Positions 1 through 9,898 of a stretch of 64,000 bases of DNA are shown here, in pieces. The position numbers and the translations under genes were made by a program. The stretch is from a virus, in IMG/VR virus record IMGVR_UViG_3300042356_001708, positions 39,561-103,560 of that record; one strand, given 5' to 3'. The notes under the pieces are model-generated. The model saw only the letters and a list, made by a program, of their open reading frames with translations. It was not told the DNA's origin and searched no databases. Each line of letters begins with the position of its first letter. Position 1 is the first letter of the stretch.

Positions 1-1
1 C

Positions 2-292
2 TCTAATGAAAAAAATTATATATCTGAAAAATTTTACGATTGTATTTTAACGGATACCATCCCAATCTATTTTGGTTGTAAAAATATTAAAGAAATATGG
101 TCATACAACGGGTACATTTTATTAGATAGTATTACCGATTATCAAAAAATTGAAGATATACTTAATTACATTCATACAAATTGCGATTACCTTTATGATG
201 TTATGTTACCTGAATTAAAAAAAATCAAAGAAGAGTATTTTAATAAAAATAATTTACTAAAGAAAATAAATGATATTGCCGGTAACATATGA
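2..292 (+). CDS. 5'-truncated glycosyltransferase, GT10 (alpha-1,3-fucosyltransferase)-like C-terminus
   Basis: Manual translation of frame 2: SNEKNYISEKFYDCILTDTIPIYFGCKNIKEIW..., resembling the GT10 motif Y(I/V)(T/S)EK...P(I/V)Y.G. TGA at 290-292 overlaps the next ATG (ATGA). Not in the ORF track. Confidence 0.7.
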   Translation, partial: SNEKNYISEKFYDCILTDTIPIYFGCKNIKEIWSYNGYILLDSITDYQKIEDILNYIHTNCDYLYDVMLPELKKIKEEYFNKNNLLKKINDIAGNI

Positions 293-1092
293 GATTTAAA
301 AGACCTATAACTCAAATAAGAATACATCATAGGAACTGTGGTTTTTTTTCAGATTTTTTAGTTATGTTATCCAACATTTATTATGTTAGGAATGAGTTAT
401 TTAATGATTTTCATATTGATTGGAGAACCTCACTATACTCATCAAATAATGAGAACATATATGATAAATATTTTTATCAACACAATGATGAAAACTGTAA
501 TTACAATAATGTTATAACTAATTTAACAGGGTATAATGCAATATTTGCAAATCATGTATTACATGAAGATGTGAGTGAAATTGAAATATATCGGTCATTA
601 TCATATGGTAATTTTTTAATGTATAATTACGGTCTACTTGAAGGTGAATTTTTTAAAAATTTTGATAGAAATTACTTCGGTGACCAAAAAATTTTAGGTA
701 TTCACAGACGGGGTACCGACCACGGACATCATGGTCAATTAATGTCTGACATAACATACTTAAATGAAATTAATAGAGAATTCAAAACAAATAATTACGA
801 TAAAATTTTTTTAATTACAGACCAATTAAGTTCGTTTGAATTCTTTAAAAAAGAACTTGGTAACTCATTAATTACCACCGACTCAACCATGTCGGATAGC
901 TCATGTGGTGTTCATTACAGACACGATGTAAGTCCTGAAAAAATCGCCTACGATGCATTAAGAGATTCTTATTTGTTGTCATTAACTGATTATAAATTAG
1001 TGACAAGAAGTAACCTATCAACATTTGCTTTATTATGTAATTTACAAAAAGATAATTTTAGACTAATTGATAAACATATTTTTTACCGATAA
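289..1092 (+). CDS. NodZ/GT23-like fucosyltransferase (GT-B, O-fucosyltransferase superfamily)
   Basis: Motifs CGFFS, LGIHRRGTD, KIFLITD and DSYLLSLTDYKLVTRSNLS match the three conserved fucosyltransferase motifs. Confidence 0.75.
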   Translation: MRFKRPITQIRIHHRNCGFFSDFLVMLSNIYYVRNELFNDFHIDWRTSLYSSNNENIYDKYFYQHNDENCNYNNVITNLTGYNAIFANHVLHEDVSEIEIYRSLSYGNFLMYNYGLLEGEFFKNFDRNYFGDQKILGIHRRGTDHGHHGQLMSDITYLNEINREFKTNNYDKIFLITDQLSSFEFFKKELGNSLITTDSTMSDSSCGVHYRHDVSPEKIAYDALRDSYLLSLTDYKLVTRSNLSTFALLCNLQKDNFRLIDKHIFYR

Positions 1093-1103
1093 AAAATAAT
1101 AAG

Positions 1104-3449
1104 ATGAAAAATTATAAAAATATATTTGACACAATATATAAAACTTGGGGATTTGGGGGCGGAGAGAGCCGTTCAGGGCCCGGAAGTACTTTACAGGAAA
1201 CTGAAGTAATACGAGAAAAAATTAAAAATTTAGTTAAGTATAAACGAATTAAATCTGTCGTTGATTTACCTTGCGGCGATTTTAATTGGATGAAAGAAAT
1301 TGTTGATTCTTTTGACTCGTACCACGGAGGGGACATTGTGGGCGAATTAATTGTTTCAAATATTGAGAAATATAAAACTAATAAAGTCCAATTTTCAGTA
1401 ATTGATGTTCTTAATGATGAAATACCTAAAGCCGATTTATTAATAGTAAGGGATATTATTGGGCATTACCCAATTGAGGATGGTAAAAAGATAGTTGAAA
1501 AAATCATTAATTCAGGGTGTAAATACCTATTATCAACCACTTGGTATAATGTTTTAGACAGTAAATATTATTTAAAACACGAAAATAGTGATGTAGAATA
1601 CGGTAGATTTTATCCCGTAAATTTAATGAGTGAGCCGTTTAATTTACCTGAACCTGAATTAATTATTGAGGAAGATGTTGTAGTTGATGGGTATAATTTA
1701 GGTAATCGTAAAACACTTGGGTTTTGGAATTTAGAAGATTTAAAAAATAGTAAGTCAAAGAACGAGATTCTTACATTAGTTACAGGTCTGTGGGATTTAA
1801 ATCGGGATTCTTTATCTGAAGGATGGGCTAGACCATTTGAGGAACATTACATTAGAAAATTCAGAGAGTTACTTAAAACTCCACATAATTTAATAATTTA
1901 TGGGGATAGAAATCTTGAGAAAATTGTTAAAGAGTTAAGGAAAGATTATAATACACAATTTATTTACCGAGATTTGGAATGGTTTAAAACCAACGACTAT
2001 TTTGATAAAATACAAAAAATAAGAACTGATAAAAATTGGACTGGTTTATCAGGATGGCTCGGGGACTCAACTCAAGCTAAACTTGAAATGTACAACCCGT
2101 TGGTCATGTCAAAAATGTTTTTATTAAATGATGCTAAATTATTAAGTAAATTTAATACTAAAAACATTTATTGGGTTGATGCGGGAATAACTAATACTGT
2201 CAGTATTGATTATTTTACAGATGAATCAATACTAAATAAACTACCTGAAAAATTCTCAAAATTTTCATTTGTTTGTTTTCCTTACGATGCGGTTAATGAG
2301 ATACACGGGTTCAAATACGACGCGATAAATAGATATTCTCAAAATAAAGTTAATAAAGTTGCGAGAGGGGGATTTTTTGGAGGAAATGTTGACACTATTA
2401 ATGAAGTTAATTCAATCTATTATAGATTATTAATTGAAACGTTAAACGAGGGTTTAATGGGAACTGAAGAATCAATCTTCACTATTATGATATATCGTTA
2501 TAATAAACTGATTGAGTACTCCGAAATTGATTCAAACGGATTGATTTATAAGTTTTTTGAAGATTTGAAGAATGACTCAATTGAAGTTAAAACTGAAACT
2601 ACTACTACATTTTCACCCATACAAAAAATGTCTAAAGATTTGAAAGTCGGTTTATACGTCCTTACTTTTAATAGTCCGAAACAATTCAAAACTTTAATTG
2701 ACTCAATGATACAATATGATAGTGACTTTATTAACAAATCTGAAAAGTATCTATTGGATAATTCTACGGACAAAACTACCAAAGTTGTGTATGATAAATT
2801 ATGTGAGGAATATAATTTTACTTACATATCTAAAGGGGAGAATTTAGGTATTTGTGGTGGTAGACAGTACATTGCCGAACATTTTGATAAGACAAAATTA
2901 GATGCCTATTATTTCTTTGAGGACGATATGTTTTTTTACCCAAAAGAAAATGAGAAATGTAAAAACGGATTTGGTAGAATGGTAAAAAATTTATTTATAA
3001 AATCCAATGATATCTTGTCAATGAATTCTTTTGATTTCCTTAAATTAAATTTTTCAGAGTTTTATGGAGATAATACAACGCAATGGGCGTGGTATAATGT
3101 TCCACAATCTGTAAGGGAAAAATTTTGGCCAAATTATTCGCAGTTACCAAAAATGGGATTAGACCCAAACGCTCCTAAAACAAAATTTAATAATATTATG
3201 TGTTATCAGGATGTACCATATGCTGATGGTGAGATATATTATTGTAATTGGCCTCAATTGGTTAGTCGTGAAGGTAATAAAAAAATGTTTTTGGATACTA
3301 CTTGGGCATACCCACACGAACAGACGTGGATGTCACATATGTACCAACTAACTAAAGAAGGTAAATTAAATCCTGGAATACTTTTATTAACACCTACGGA
3401 ACATAATAGATTTGACCACTATGAAAGAGAATTAAGAAAAGAATCTTAA
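1104..3449 (+). CDS. Three-domain fusion: class I SAM methyltransferase + HtrL/YibB-like domain + GT-A (GT2-like) glycosyltransferase
   Basis: N-terminus SGPGS...VVDLPCGDFNWM...YHGGDIV; middle TLVTGLWDL...YWVDAG...GGFFGG...MGTEES; C-terminus LYVLTFN...LDNSTD...NLGICGGRQ...FFEDDM. Confidence 0.7.
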   Translation: MKNYKNIFDTIYKTWGFGGGESRSGPGSTLQETEVIREKIKNLVKYKRIKSVVDLPCGDFNWMKEIVDSFDSYHGGDIVGELIVSNIEKYKTNKVQFSVIDVLNDEIPKADLLIVRDIIGHYPIEDGKKIVEKIINSGCKYLLSTTWYNVLDSKYYLKHENSDVEYGRFYPVNLMSEPFNLPEPELIIEEDVVVDGYNLGNRKTLGFWNLEDLKNSKSKNEILTLVTGLWDLNRDSLSEGWARPFEEHYIRKFRELLKTPHNLIIYGDRNLEKIVKELRKDYNTQFIYRDLEWFKTNDYFDKIQKIRTDKNWTGLSGWLGDSTQAKLEMYNPLVMSKMFLLNDAKLLSKFNTKNIYWVDAGITNTVSIDYFTDESILNKLPEKFSKFSFVCFPYDAVNEIHGFKYDAINRYSQNKVNKVARGGFFGGNVDTINEVNSIYYRLLIETLNEGLMGTEESIFTIMIYRYNKLIEYSEIDSNGLIYKFFEDLKNDSIEVKTETTTTFSPIQKMSKDLKVGLYVLTFNSPKQFKTLIDSMIQYDSDFINKSEKYLLDNSTDKTTKVVYDKLCEEYNFTYISKGENLGICGGRQYIAEHFDKTKLDAYYFFEDDMFFYPKENEKCKNGFGRMVKNLFIKSNDILSMNSFDFLKLNFSEFYGDNTTQWAWYNVPQSVREKFWPNYSQLPKMGLDPNAPKTKFNNIMCYQDVPYADGEIYYCNWPQLVSREGNKKMFLDTTWAYPHEQTWMSHMYQLTKEGKLNPGILLLTPTEHNRFDHYERELRKES

Positions 3450-3473
3450 TTGAATTTCGTAGTATTTATTGGT

Positions 3474-3854
3474 ATGGAATTTTACATTAAAAAAGGAGCT
3501 ACCCTACCATTATTAAAAATGCAAATTGTTAAAGATGGTAGAAGTGACTATCATAAATTTATGGATTTGATAGAAACTTCAACCATATTATTTTCAATGA
3601 TTGATGCCGATACGGGAATACCAAAATTCCTATCTAAACCTGCAGGTTTTGTTTCTAAAAATTTTTTAAATGAGGCTGCTTCAACTGAATACTATGTTTA
3701 TTATCAGTTTACGGCTAAAGACACAAATAAACCTGGTAGATATGAAGGTGAATTCCTCTTTAAAAATGAACAGGGAAATCTAATAGTTCCATTAAGAGAA
3801 AAACTTTACATTACAATTCAGGATAGTTTTATATCAGATAAGGCTTGTTGTTGA
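3474..3854 (+). CDS. BppU-N-like/Ig-like virion structural protein
   Basis: ATG at 3474 preferred over the TTG start at 3450. Pattern MEFYIKKGATLPLL...YQFTAKDTNKPGRYEGEF. Ends in CC. Confidence 0.5.
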   Translation: MEFYIKKGATLPLLKMQIVKDGRSDYHKFMDLIETSTILFSMIDADTGIPKFLSKPAGFVSKNFLNEAASTEYYVYYQFTAKDTNKPGRYEGEFLFKNEQGNLIVPLREKLYITIQDSFISDKACC

Positions 3855-3886
3855 TTTGACATTCTTTATTTAATATCTTAAATTTG
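3855..3886 (+). promoter_or_regulatory. Bacteroidota-type -33/-7 promoter for the DNA polymerase gene
   Basis: TTTG (3855-3858), 20-nt spacer, TAAATTTG (3879-3886) = TAnnTTTG. Confidence 0.7.
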
Positions 3887-3940
3887 CTTAAACGGTAAAC
3901 TCCAAGATAGTTTGGAAGCCAATATACCAATTTAAAATTT

Positions 3941-6736
3941 ATGATATCAAACGAAGAAATTGAGAATTTCCTGCAAGGAAATGATGATGAAAAATACATC
4001 ATCGGGGTAGAATACGATTACGTCAAAGATTGTGTTTGGAAAATTATTGAAGACCCAATTCACGGTAAACAAATTAAAAAAGATACATTCATCCCATTTG
4101 CTTGGGTTGGTGACTTACGTGGATTAAACTTTTATCAATCATCAAAGGCATTACAAAAAGAAGCAATGACAAAACATAAAATTGTTATTGAAAAATTGCG
4201 CACTGACGGTAATGAAAGATTAGAAAAAGGATTGACGTTCATGGTTAAATCATTGAATGGATATCGTTCTCTTATTCAATTTTTTAGAGATGGGGGTGTT
4301 GACCCCTGGGGAGAAAAAACAAAAGGGTTAATCCTAATCCTCCCTCCTGTTGAACAATTCTTAGTTACAAAAGAGAAACGATTGTTCAAGGGGTTTGACG
4401 ATTACAATAGTATCACGAGGTTTGTATTTGACTTAGAGACGACCGCATTAGAACCAAAGGATGGTCGTATTTTTATGATAGGGATGAAAACCAATAAAGG
4501 TTTTAGTCAGGTAATTGAGTGTTCAACTGAAGAACAAGAAAGAGAAGGTATCATCAAATTTTTTAACACAATAGATGAACTCAAACCAAGTATTATTGCA
4601 TCTTACAACGGGTTTAACTTTGACTGGTTTTGGATATTTGAAAGAGCGAAAGCGTTAAAATTGGACATTAAAAAGGTTGCTAAAACCTTAAATGCTATGA
4701 ATCCAATCAAACAATCTGAATCAATGTTAAAACTCGCAAACGAGGTTGAGAGGTTTAACCAAACCTCAATGTGGGGTTATAATGTTGTTGACACATTACA
4801 TGCTGTTAGACGAGCTCAAGCAATCAATTCGTCTATTAAATCAGCGGGTTTGAAGTATATTACTCAATATATTAAAGCTGAAGCCCCTGACCGTGTATAT
4901 ATTGACCATACAGACATTGGTCCGTTTTATGCAAAAAAAGAAGAATATTGGTTGAACATCCAAAATGGTAAATATAAGAAAGTGGGGATTGACCCCACAA
5001 TTGACGAAGCGTGTTCAAAACACACAAACGTATATATTAAGACAACGGGTGATGATTTGGTTGAGAGATATCTTGACGATGACTTGGAGGAAACTCTAAC
5101 AGTTGACGAAGAATTTAATCAAGGTTCATTCCTACTTGCGTCTTTGGTTCCGACAACATATGAAAGAGTTTCCACTATGGGAACTGCGACATTATGGGAA
5201 ATCCAAATGAGAGCTTGGTCATACAAACATAAATTAGCAATTCCTGCTAAAAATGAAAAGACAGAGTTTGTCGGGGGTTTATCACGATTACTAAAAGTAG
5301 GGTATTCAACAGATGTATTAAAACTTGACTTCTCGTCACTTTATCCGTCAATTCAGTTGGTTCACGATGTATTCCCAACCTGCGATATCACAGGGGCGAT
5401 GAAAGGAATGTTAAATTACTTCCGTAACACTCGTATCAAGTATAAAAACTTGGCTAAGGAATATCAGGATATTGACAAAAAACAAGCAACATCTTATGAC
5501 CGTAAGCAATTACCAATTAAGATTTTCATTAACTCAATGTTCGGTGCGTTGTCCGCTCCACAAGTATATCACTGGGGTGATATGTATATGGGTGAACAGA
5601 TTACTTGTACAGGGAGACAATACTTACGTCAGATGTTACGTTTCTTTATGAAACGAGGATATACTCCTCTTGTATGTGATACGGATGGTATGAACTTCTC
5701 ATTACCTGAAGGTGGTGTGGATGGTAGAACTTATATCGGTAAGGGTAACAATTGGTTGGTTAAAGAAGGTAAGGAATATAAAGGTTATGATGCTGATGTT
5801 GCTGAGTTTAACGATATGTTTATGAAAGGTGCTATGGGACTTGACTGTGATGGTACTTGGAAATCCTGTATGAACATTGCTCGTAAGAACTACGCAACAA
5901 TGGAACACAACGGAAAGATTAAACTTACAGGTAACTCTATTAAAAGTAAGAAACTACCTTTATATATTGAGGATTTCTTGGATAAAGGAATTAAGATGTT
6001 GTTAGAAGGTAATGGCCAAGATTTTGTTGAGTGGTATTATGAATACTTAGAAAAGATTTATAACAAACAAATTCCACTTATGAAGATTGCCCAAAGAGCA
6101 AAGGTTAAATTATCTATTGACGATTATAACAAACGTTCAAAAGAAAAGACCAAAGCAGGTAATGAAATGTCACGTATGGCACATATGGAACTTGCAATTA
6201 GAGATGGTATTGCGGTTAGTTTGGGTGATGTAATATTCTATGTTAATAATGGTGTTAAAGCATCACACGGGGATGTCCAAAAAGTTAACCAACCTAAGAA
6301 GGGATGGTCGCAATCTGATTTGGATAATATGATGGAAGGGTATGGTAAAATACCTAATGAAATGGTTGAATCGTATGTAAAACTTAATTGTTATAGATTA
6401 AATCCTGCTGAATTAGAATCAAATCCTGATATGACAGGTGAATATAACGTAGCAAGAGCCGTAGTAACATTTAATAAACGCATTGAACCATTGTTAATTG
6501 TGTTTGGTGAAGAAGTAAGAAATAACCTTATTGTTACTGACCCTAAAGATAGAGGATTGTTTACTAAAGACCAATGTAAATTAATCAATGGTATCCCGTT
6601 TGAACCTGCAGACCAAGATAGTATTGAAGATTTGTTAACAATAACTGACCAAGAAAAGATATATTGGGAAAAACGAGGAATTAACCCTGAGTATATTTAC
6701 GAATTAGCTGAGGAAGGGTGGGAAGAGATGGTCTAA
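3941..6736 (+). CDS. polB: Family B DNA polymerase with 3'-5' exonuclease domain
   Basis: Exo motifs FDLET and YNGFNFD; polymerase motifs LDFSSLYPSI, KIFINSMFG, DTDG, KNY. Confidence 0.95.
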   Translation: MISNEEIENFLQGNDDEKYIIGVEYDYVKDCVWKIIEDPIHGKQIKKDTFIPFAWVGDLRGLNFYQSSKALQKEAMTKHKIVIEKLRTDGNERLEKGLTFMVKSLNGYRSLIQFFRDGGVDPWGEKTKGLILILPPVEQFLVTKEKRLFKGFDDYNSITRFVFDLETTALEPKDGRIFMIGMKTNKGFSQVIECSTEEQEREGIIKFFNTIDELKPSIIASYNGFNFDWFWIFERAKALKLDIKKVAKTLNAMNPIKQSESMLKLANEVERFNQTSMWGYNVVDTLHAVRRAQAINSSIKSAGLKYITQYIKAEAPDRVYIDHTDIGPFYAKKEEYWLNIQNGKYKKVGIDPTIDEACSKHTNVYIKTTGDDLVERYLDDDLEETLTVDEEFNQGSFLLASLVPTTYERVSTMGTATLWEIQMRAWSYKHKLAIPAKNEKTEFVGGLSRLLKVGYSTDVLKLDFSSLYPSIQLVHDVFPTCDITGAMKGMLNYFRNTRIKYKNLAKEYQDIDKKQATSYDRKQLPIKIFINSMFGALSAPQVYHWGDMYMGEQITCTGRQYLRQMLRFFMKRGYTPLVCDTDGMNFSLPEGGVDGRTYIGKGNNWLVKEGKEYKGYDADVAEFNDMFMKGAMGLDCDGTWKSCMNIARKNYATMEHNGKIKLTGNSIKSKKLPLYIEDFLDKGIKMLLEGNGQDFVEWYYEYLEKIYNKQIPLMKIAQRAKVKLSIDDYNKRSKEKTKAGNEMSRMAHMELAIRDGIAVSLGDVIFYVNNGVKASHGDVQKVNQPKKGWSQSDLDNMMEGYGKIPNEMVESYVKLNCYRLNPAELESNPDMTGEYNVARAVVTFNKRIEPLLIVFGEEVRNNLIVTDPKDRGLFTKDQCKLINGIPFEPADQDSIEDLLTITDQEKIYWEKRGINPEYIYELAEEGWEEMV

Positions 6737-7068
6737 GACTGTTTCAACCCATCTGACGACAAGATATACCAATTACCTACAGCAAATACTAGCTCAACGC
6801 TTGCCCCATTCTCAAGTTCCATTTCGTCAAATTGTTCATCAATTTTACCAAAATCAGGTAATAAAAGTACTCGTGTGAGTGCTTTTATTGTTATACGGTC
6901 ATTCCTTGTTGAATTCAACTTGATTTTTGAAAAATTAATATTTTTAACAATAATTACACTTTCACCTGAACAATCATAATATGGTTCAGATACTAATGAT
7001 ACTTCAGAACTTGTGATAATTTGACCATTAATTATTCGGTCAATCGGTCTTGTTTTAATAATTGGCAT
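6733..7068 (-). CDS. Hypothetical small beta-rich protein, possibly structural
   Basis: 111 aa, directly downstream of the neck gene. Its stop codon overlaps the polB stop. Confidence 0.6.
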   Translation of the reverse strand: MPIIKTRPIDRIINGQIITSSEVSLVSEPYYDCSGESVIIVKNINFSKIKLNSTRNDRITIKALTRVLLLPDFGKIDEQFDEMELENGASVELVFAVGNWYILSSDGLKQS

Positions 7069-7071
7069 AAA

Positions 7072-8193
7072 TTAAATTACATAAATCTGACGAGGTGCTG
7101 CTCTGAATTTAAGAGACTTATTAAGATTTTCAGCAATTTGTGCTTCTCTTTCCATTACCTTCTCAGGTTTTAATCTTGTAAGTCTACCATCAGCCCCAAT
7201 CAACTCATCAATTAGTTTAGTTTTTTCATCTTTTGCTTCAGTTGCTAAAGATGTATAATCTAAAGTTAATTCAGAATCTGGAGTTTTCAAGTTTCCACTG
7301 TATTTTCCTCGTACTCTTGCTAAAGTTTCTTTACAATATGCGACAAACCATCTTCTAACCCATTGTTTTGAAGGGTTATTTAAATCATCCCATGTAAGTT
7401 CTTCATAAGGAACATCATTAGGCGTTCTAATAATGTCAGGGTTTGCCTTTAAACAAGAATTTTTATCTTCAGGACCTACATCATAGTACCAATACCAAAC
7501 TCTACCACCGGCAAACGTTGAACTACCAAAGTCAAATTTACCTCCAGGCGTATTCATTAAATGAACTGCTTTTTTACCATCGGGTAACGCTGTAACACGA
7601 TATGTAAGTTCAGAAGCAATTATTCTCCTTTGGATGTTAATTTGTTGCATTCTTAACATCATATCAAATGCCGGCATTAAGAAATAAGACCCACTATAAC
7701 CCAATTGTGCATATCCTCCAGGTCCTCCTATACCAGGTCCTCCCATACTACCAAAAGACCAAGGGTCAAATAAAAGATTTGTAAGTGTTGACGGAGTAAA
7801 CCAAAGTAACTCATTGAGTTCTCTTCCCGCAGGTATTTCATAAATTTGTTGACCTTTAACTAATTCAATATAATCTTTCTTTAATACCCAATCACCTCCA
7901 GTTTGTAAACCAACAATTTTAGAATATGCGTAAGTATATCTTGTTTCGTAATCTAAGGTCCTGGTAACAAATGCTCTAGATAAAGATTGTTCATCTAAAT
8001 TTAAATTATATAATGACGACCATTGAGATTCAGTTAGCCAATCTTGGATGTATTGGGAATAGTCATCAATAGAAAACTCTAAAAGAGAGTCCATTTGTTC
8101 ATCTTCCAATTCAATACCTCTTAAAGGTGCACCAAGTAAATGTTTTACTTTTGTGAATAACTTATTTCTTTCAGGTTGTGATATTTTAGACAT
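7072..8193 (-). CDS. Neck/head-tail adaptor protein (T4 gp13-like)
   Basis: N-terminal LLGAPLRGIELEDEQ and C-terminal WVRRW...KETLARVRGKY are typical of gp13-like neck proteins. Preceded by the TATTTAT motif. Confidence 0.7.
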   Translation of the reverse strand: MSKISQPERNKLFTKVKHLLGAPLRGIELEDEQMDSLLEFSIDDYSQYIQDWLTESQWSSLYNLNLDEQSLSRAFVTRTLDYETRYTYAYSKIVGLQTGGDWVLKKDYIELVKGQQIYEIPAGRELNELLWFTPSTLTNLLFDPWSFGSMGGPGIGGPGGYAQLGYSGSYFLMPAFDMMLRMQQINIQRRIIASELTYRVTALPDGKKAVHLMNTPGGKFDFGSSTFAGGRVWYWYYDVGPEDKNSCLKANPDIIRTPNDVPYEELTWDDLNNPSKQWVRRWFVAYCKETLARVRGKYSGNLKTPDSELTLDYTSLATEAKDEKTKLIDELIGADGRLTRLKPEKVMEREAQIAENLNKSLKFRAAPRQIYVI

Positions 8194-8229
8194 TGTTTTT
8201 TATTTTATAAATATCAATATCTAATTGAA

Positions 8230-9861
8230 TTATTTATATTTTGAACAATCTTCTAAATCAAGAGATTCATTGGTTGAAAAACTATGTATTAGGGAACCTG
8301 ATGGAAATACGTATGTCCCACTTGACACATCTAGTCCTGTATTTTTAAAAATTAAAACAACCTTATCAACAACGTTTACAAATACAAATAACGGAACTTT
8401 ATATAGTTGAACTGATGAACTTCCTAAAATTTTTATTTTGCCTTCCTCTTCAATAATTCTTGTAAATGGTTTTACTTGAGCTTCTTTCGTTCCATCTTCT
8501 AAATCAATTGTACAATCTGTTCCGAATGCATCTTTTTTAAGACCCAATCCTGAAGTTAATTTACAGACATTTTCACCAAGATTTCTATCAATAATTTGTT
8601 TAGCTGCGGTCTCATTTCGTTTTCCAATACAGTCTGAATAAGTTAATATTTTCCCAATTTTTTTATTTATTTCAGTGTTAGGATTGAATACTGTTTGTCT
8701 TAAAGAATCTAAAGCCGTGAAAAAGGTCTCCAAATTCAGTAGATTTTCCTCGTAGGTTCCCCCAAACTTAATATTCTCTTTACCAACCGAAGTTAGATAT
8801 GTGTTAACATATTTGACTAATAAACAAAGTGCGGTATATGATGACGTTAAGTTATTCAGTAAAGACCTGACAGTTTCTCCTTTAGATTTACGATACACAC
8901 CACTCATATGAGTTCTGGTCTCATTGTGCCAATTGTTCGGAAATTGTTTTTTAAGTAGATTACTAATGTTTGAAACAACAATTGATTTAAGAGTTTTTTT
9001 ACCACCCTTAATTTCTTGTGGGGTTAACTTATGTTGGAAAATTGTTGATTTAATTACCCCTAATTCTGAAGAACTACATCCTTCAGTAACAGGAATATCT
9101 AATAATGAAGAGTCATCTTGTTCTAATAACATTTCACTAACAAGTGACTCATTTATCTTGGTCTCAACTTTCATTTTGTATAATTGCTCAACAAAATCCC
9201 AATTAATTACATTCCAAAAGTTTTTAACATATTCATCTCTTTTATTTTTGTATTTCAAATAATAGGCATGTTCCCATAAATCCAATCCTAAAATAGGATA
9301 CCCACCTCCTTTGAAGTCGTTCATTAATGGATTGTCTTGATTTGGACTTGATACAATTTTTAATTTATTTTGACTTGTTACAACTAACCAAACCCATCCT
9401 GAACCAAATCTTTCTTTAGCTACCTCATTAAATTTTTTCTTAAACAATGAAAAGTCACCAAAATCTTTATCAATTCTTGCGGAAACTAATCTTTTTGGTT
9501 TTTGTGGTTTTGGGGATAACATTTTCCAAAACAATGCGTGATTGTAGGCACCACCTGCGTTGTTTCTAACATCTTTACTAAACTTAGTTATTGATTGGAC
9601 AATTTGTTCTAAATCTAAATCACCAAATTTTTTCTTACTTAACGCCGCGTTTAATTTGTCAACATACCCCTTATAATGTTTGTTATAATGAACATTCATT
9701 GTTTCGGGGTCAATAAAGGACTTTAAAGATGAATAAGAATATGGTAATTTTTCAATTCCAATTTTCTTCATTTCGGTCATTAAGAAATTCTCACTTATAT
9801 TTTGAGTCTCCTCTTTAATTTGAGATTCTATTAACTGAATCTTATTTTCAATAGATTTCAT
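8230..9861 (-). CDS. sodA: Mn-type superoxide dismutase fused to a ~300-aa C-terminal region with a PD-(D/E)xK-like motif
   Basis: LPYSY, HYNKHYKGY, NNAGGAYNHALFW, FGSGWVWL, NQDNP, DLWEHAYY. All four metal ligands present; GG and Q signatures suggest Mn specificity. Confidence 0.9.
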   Translation of the reverse strand: MKSIENKIQLIESQIKEETQNISENFLMTEMKKIGIEKLPYSYSSLKSFIDPETMNVHYNKHYKGYVDKLNAALSKKKFGDLDLEQIVQSITKFSKDVRNNAGGAYNHALFWKMLSPKPQKPKRLVSARIDKDFGDFSLFKKKFNEVAKERFGSGWVWLVVTSQNKLKIVSSPNQDNPLMNDFKGGGYPILGLDLWEHAYYLKYKNKRDEYVKNFWNVINWDFVEQLYKMKVETKINESLVSEMLLEQDDSSLLDIPVTEGCSSSELGVIKSTIFQHKLTPQEIKGGKKTLKSIVVSNISNLLKKQFPNNWHNETRTHMSGVYRKSKGETVRSLLNNLTSSYTALCLLVKYVNTYLTSVGKENIKFGGTYEENLLNLETFFTALDSLRQTVFNPNTEINKKIGKILTYSDCIGKRNETAAKQIIDRNLGENVCKLTSGLGLKKDAFGTDCTIDLEDGTKEAQVKPFTRIIEEEGKIKILGSSSVQLYKVPLFVFVNVVDKVVLIFKNTGLDVSSGTYVFPSGSLIHSFSTNESLDLEDCSKYK

Positions 9862-9898
9862 ACAGGACTAATTTATACTATATAAATAATCCTTTTTT

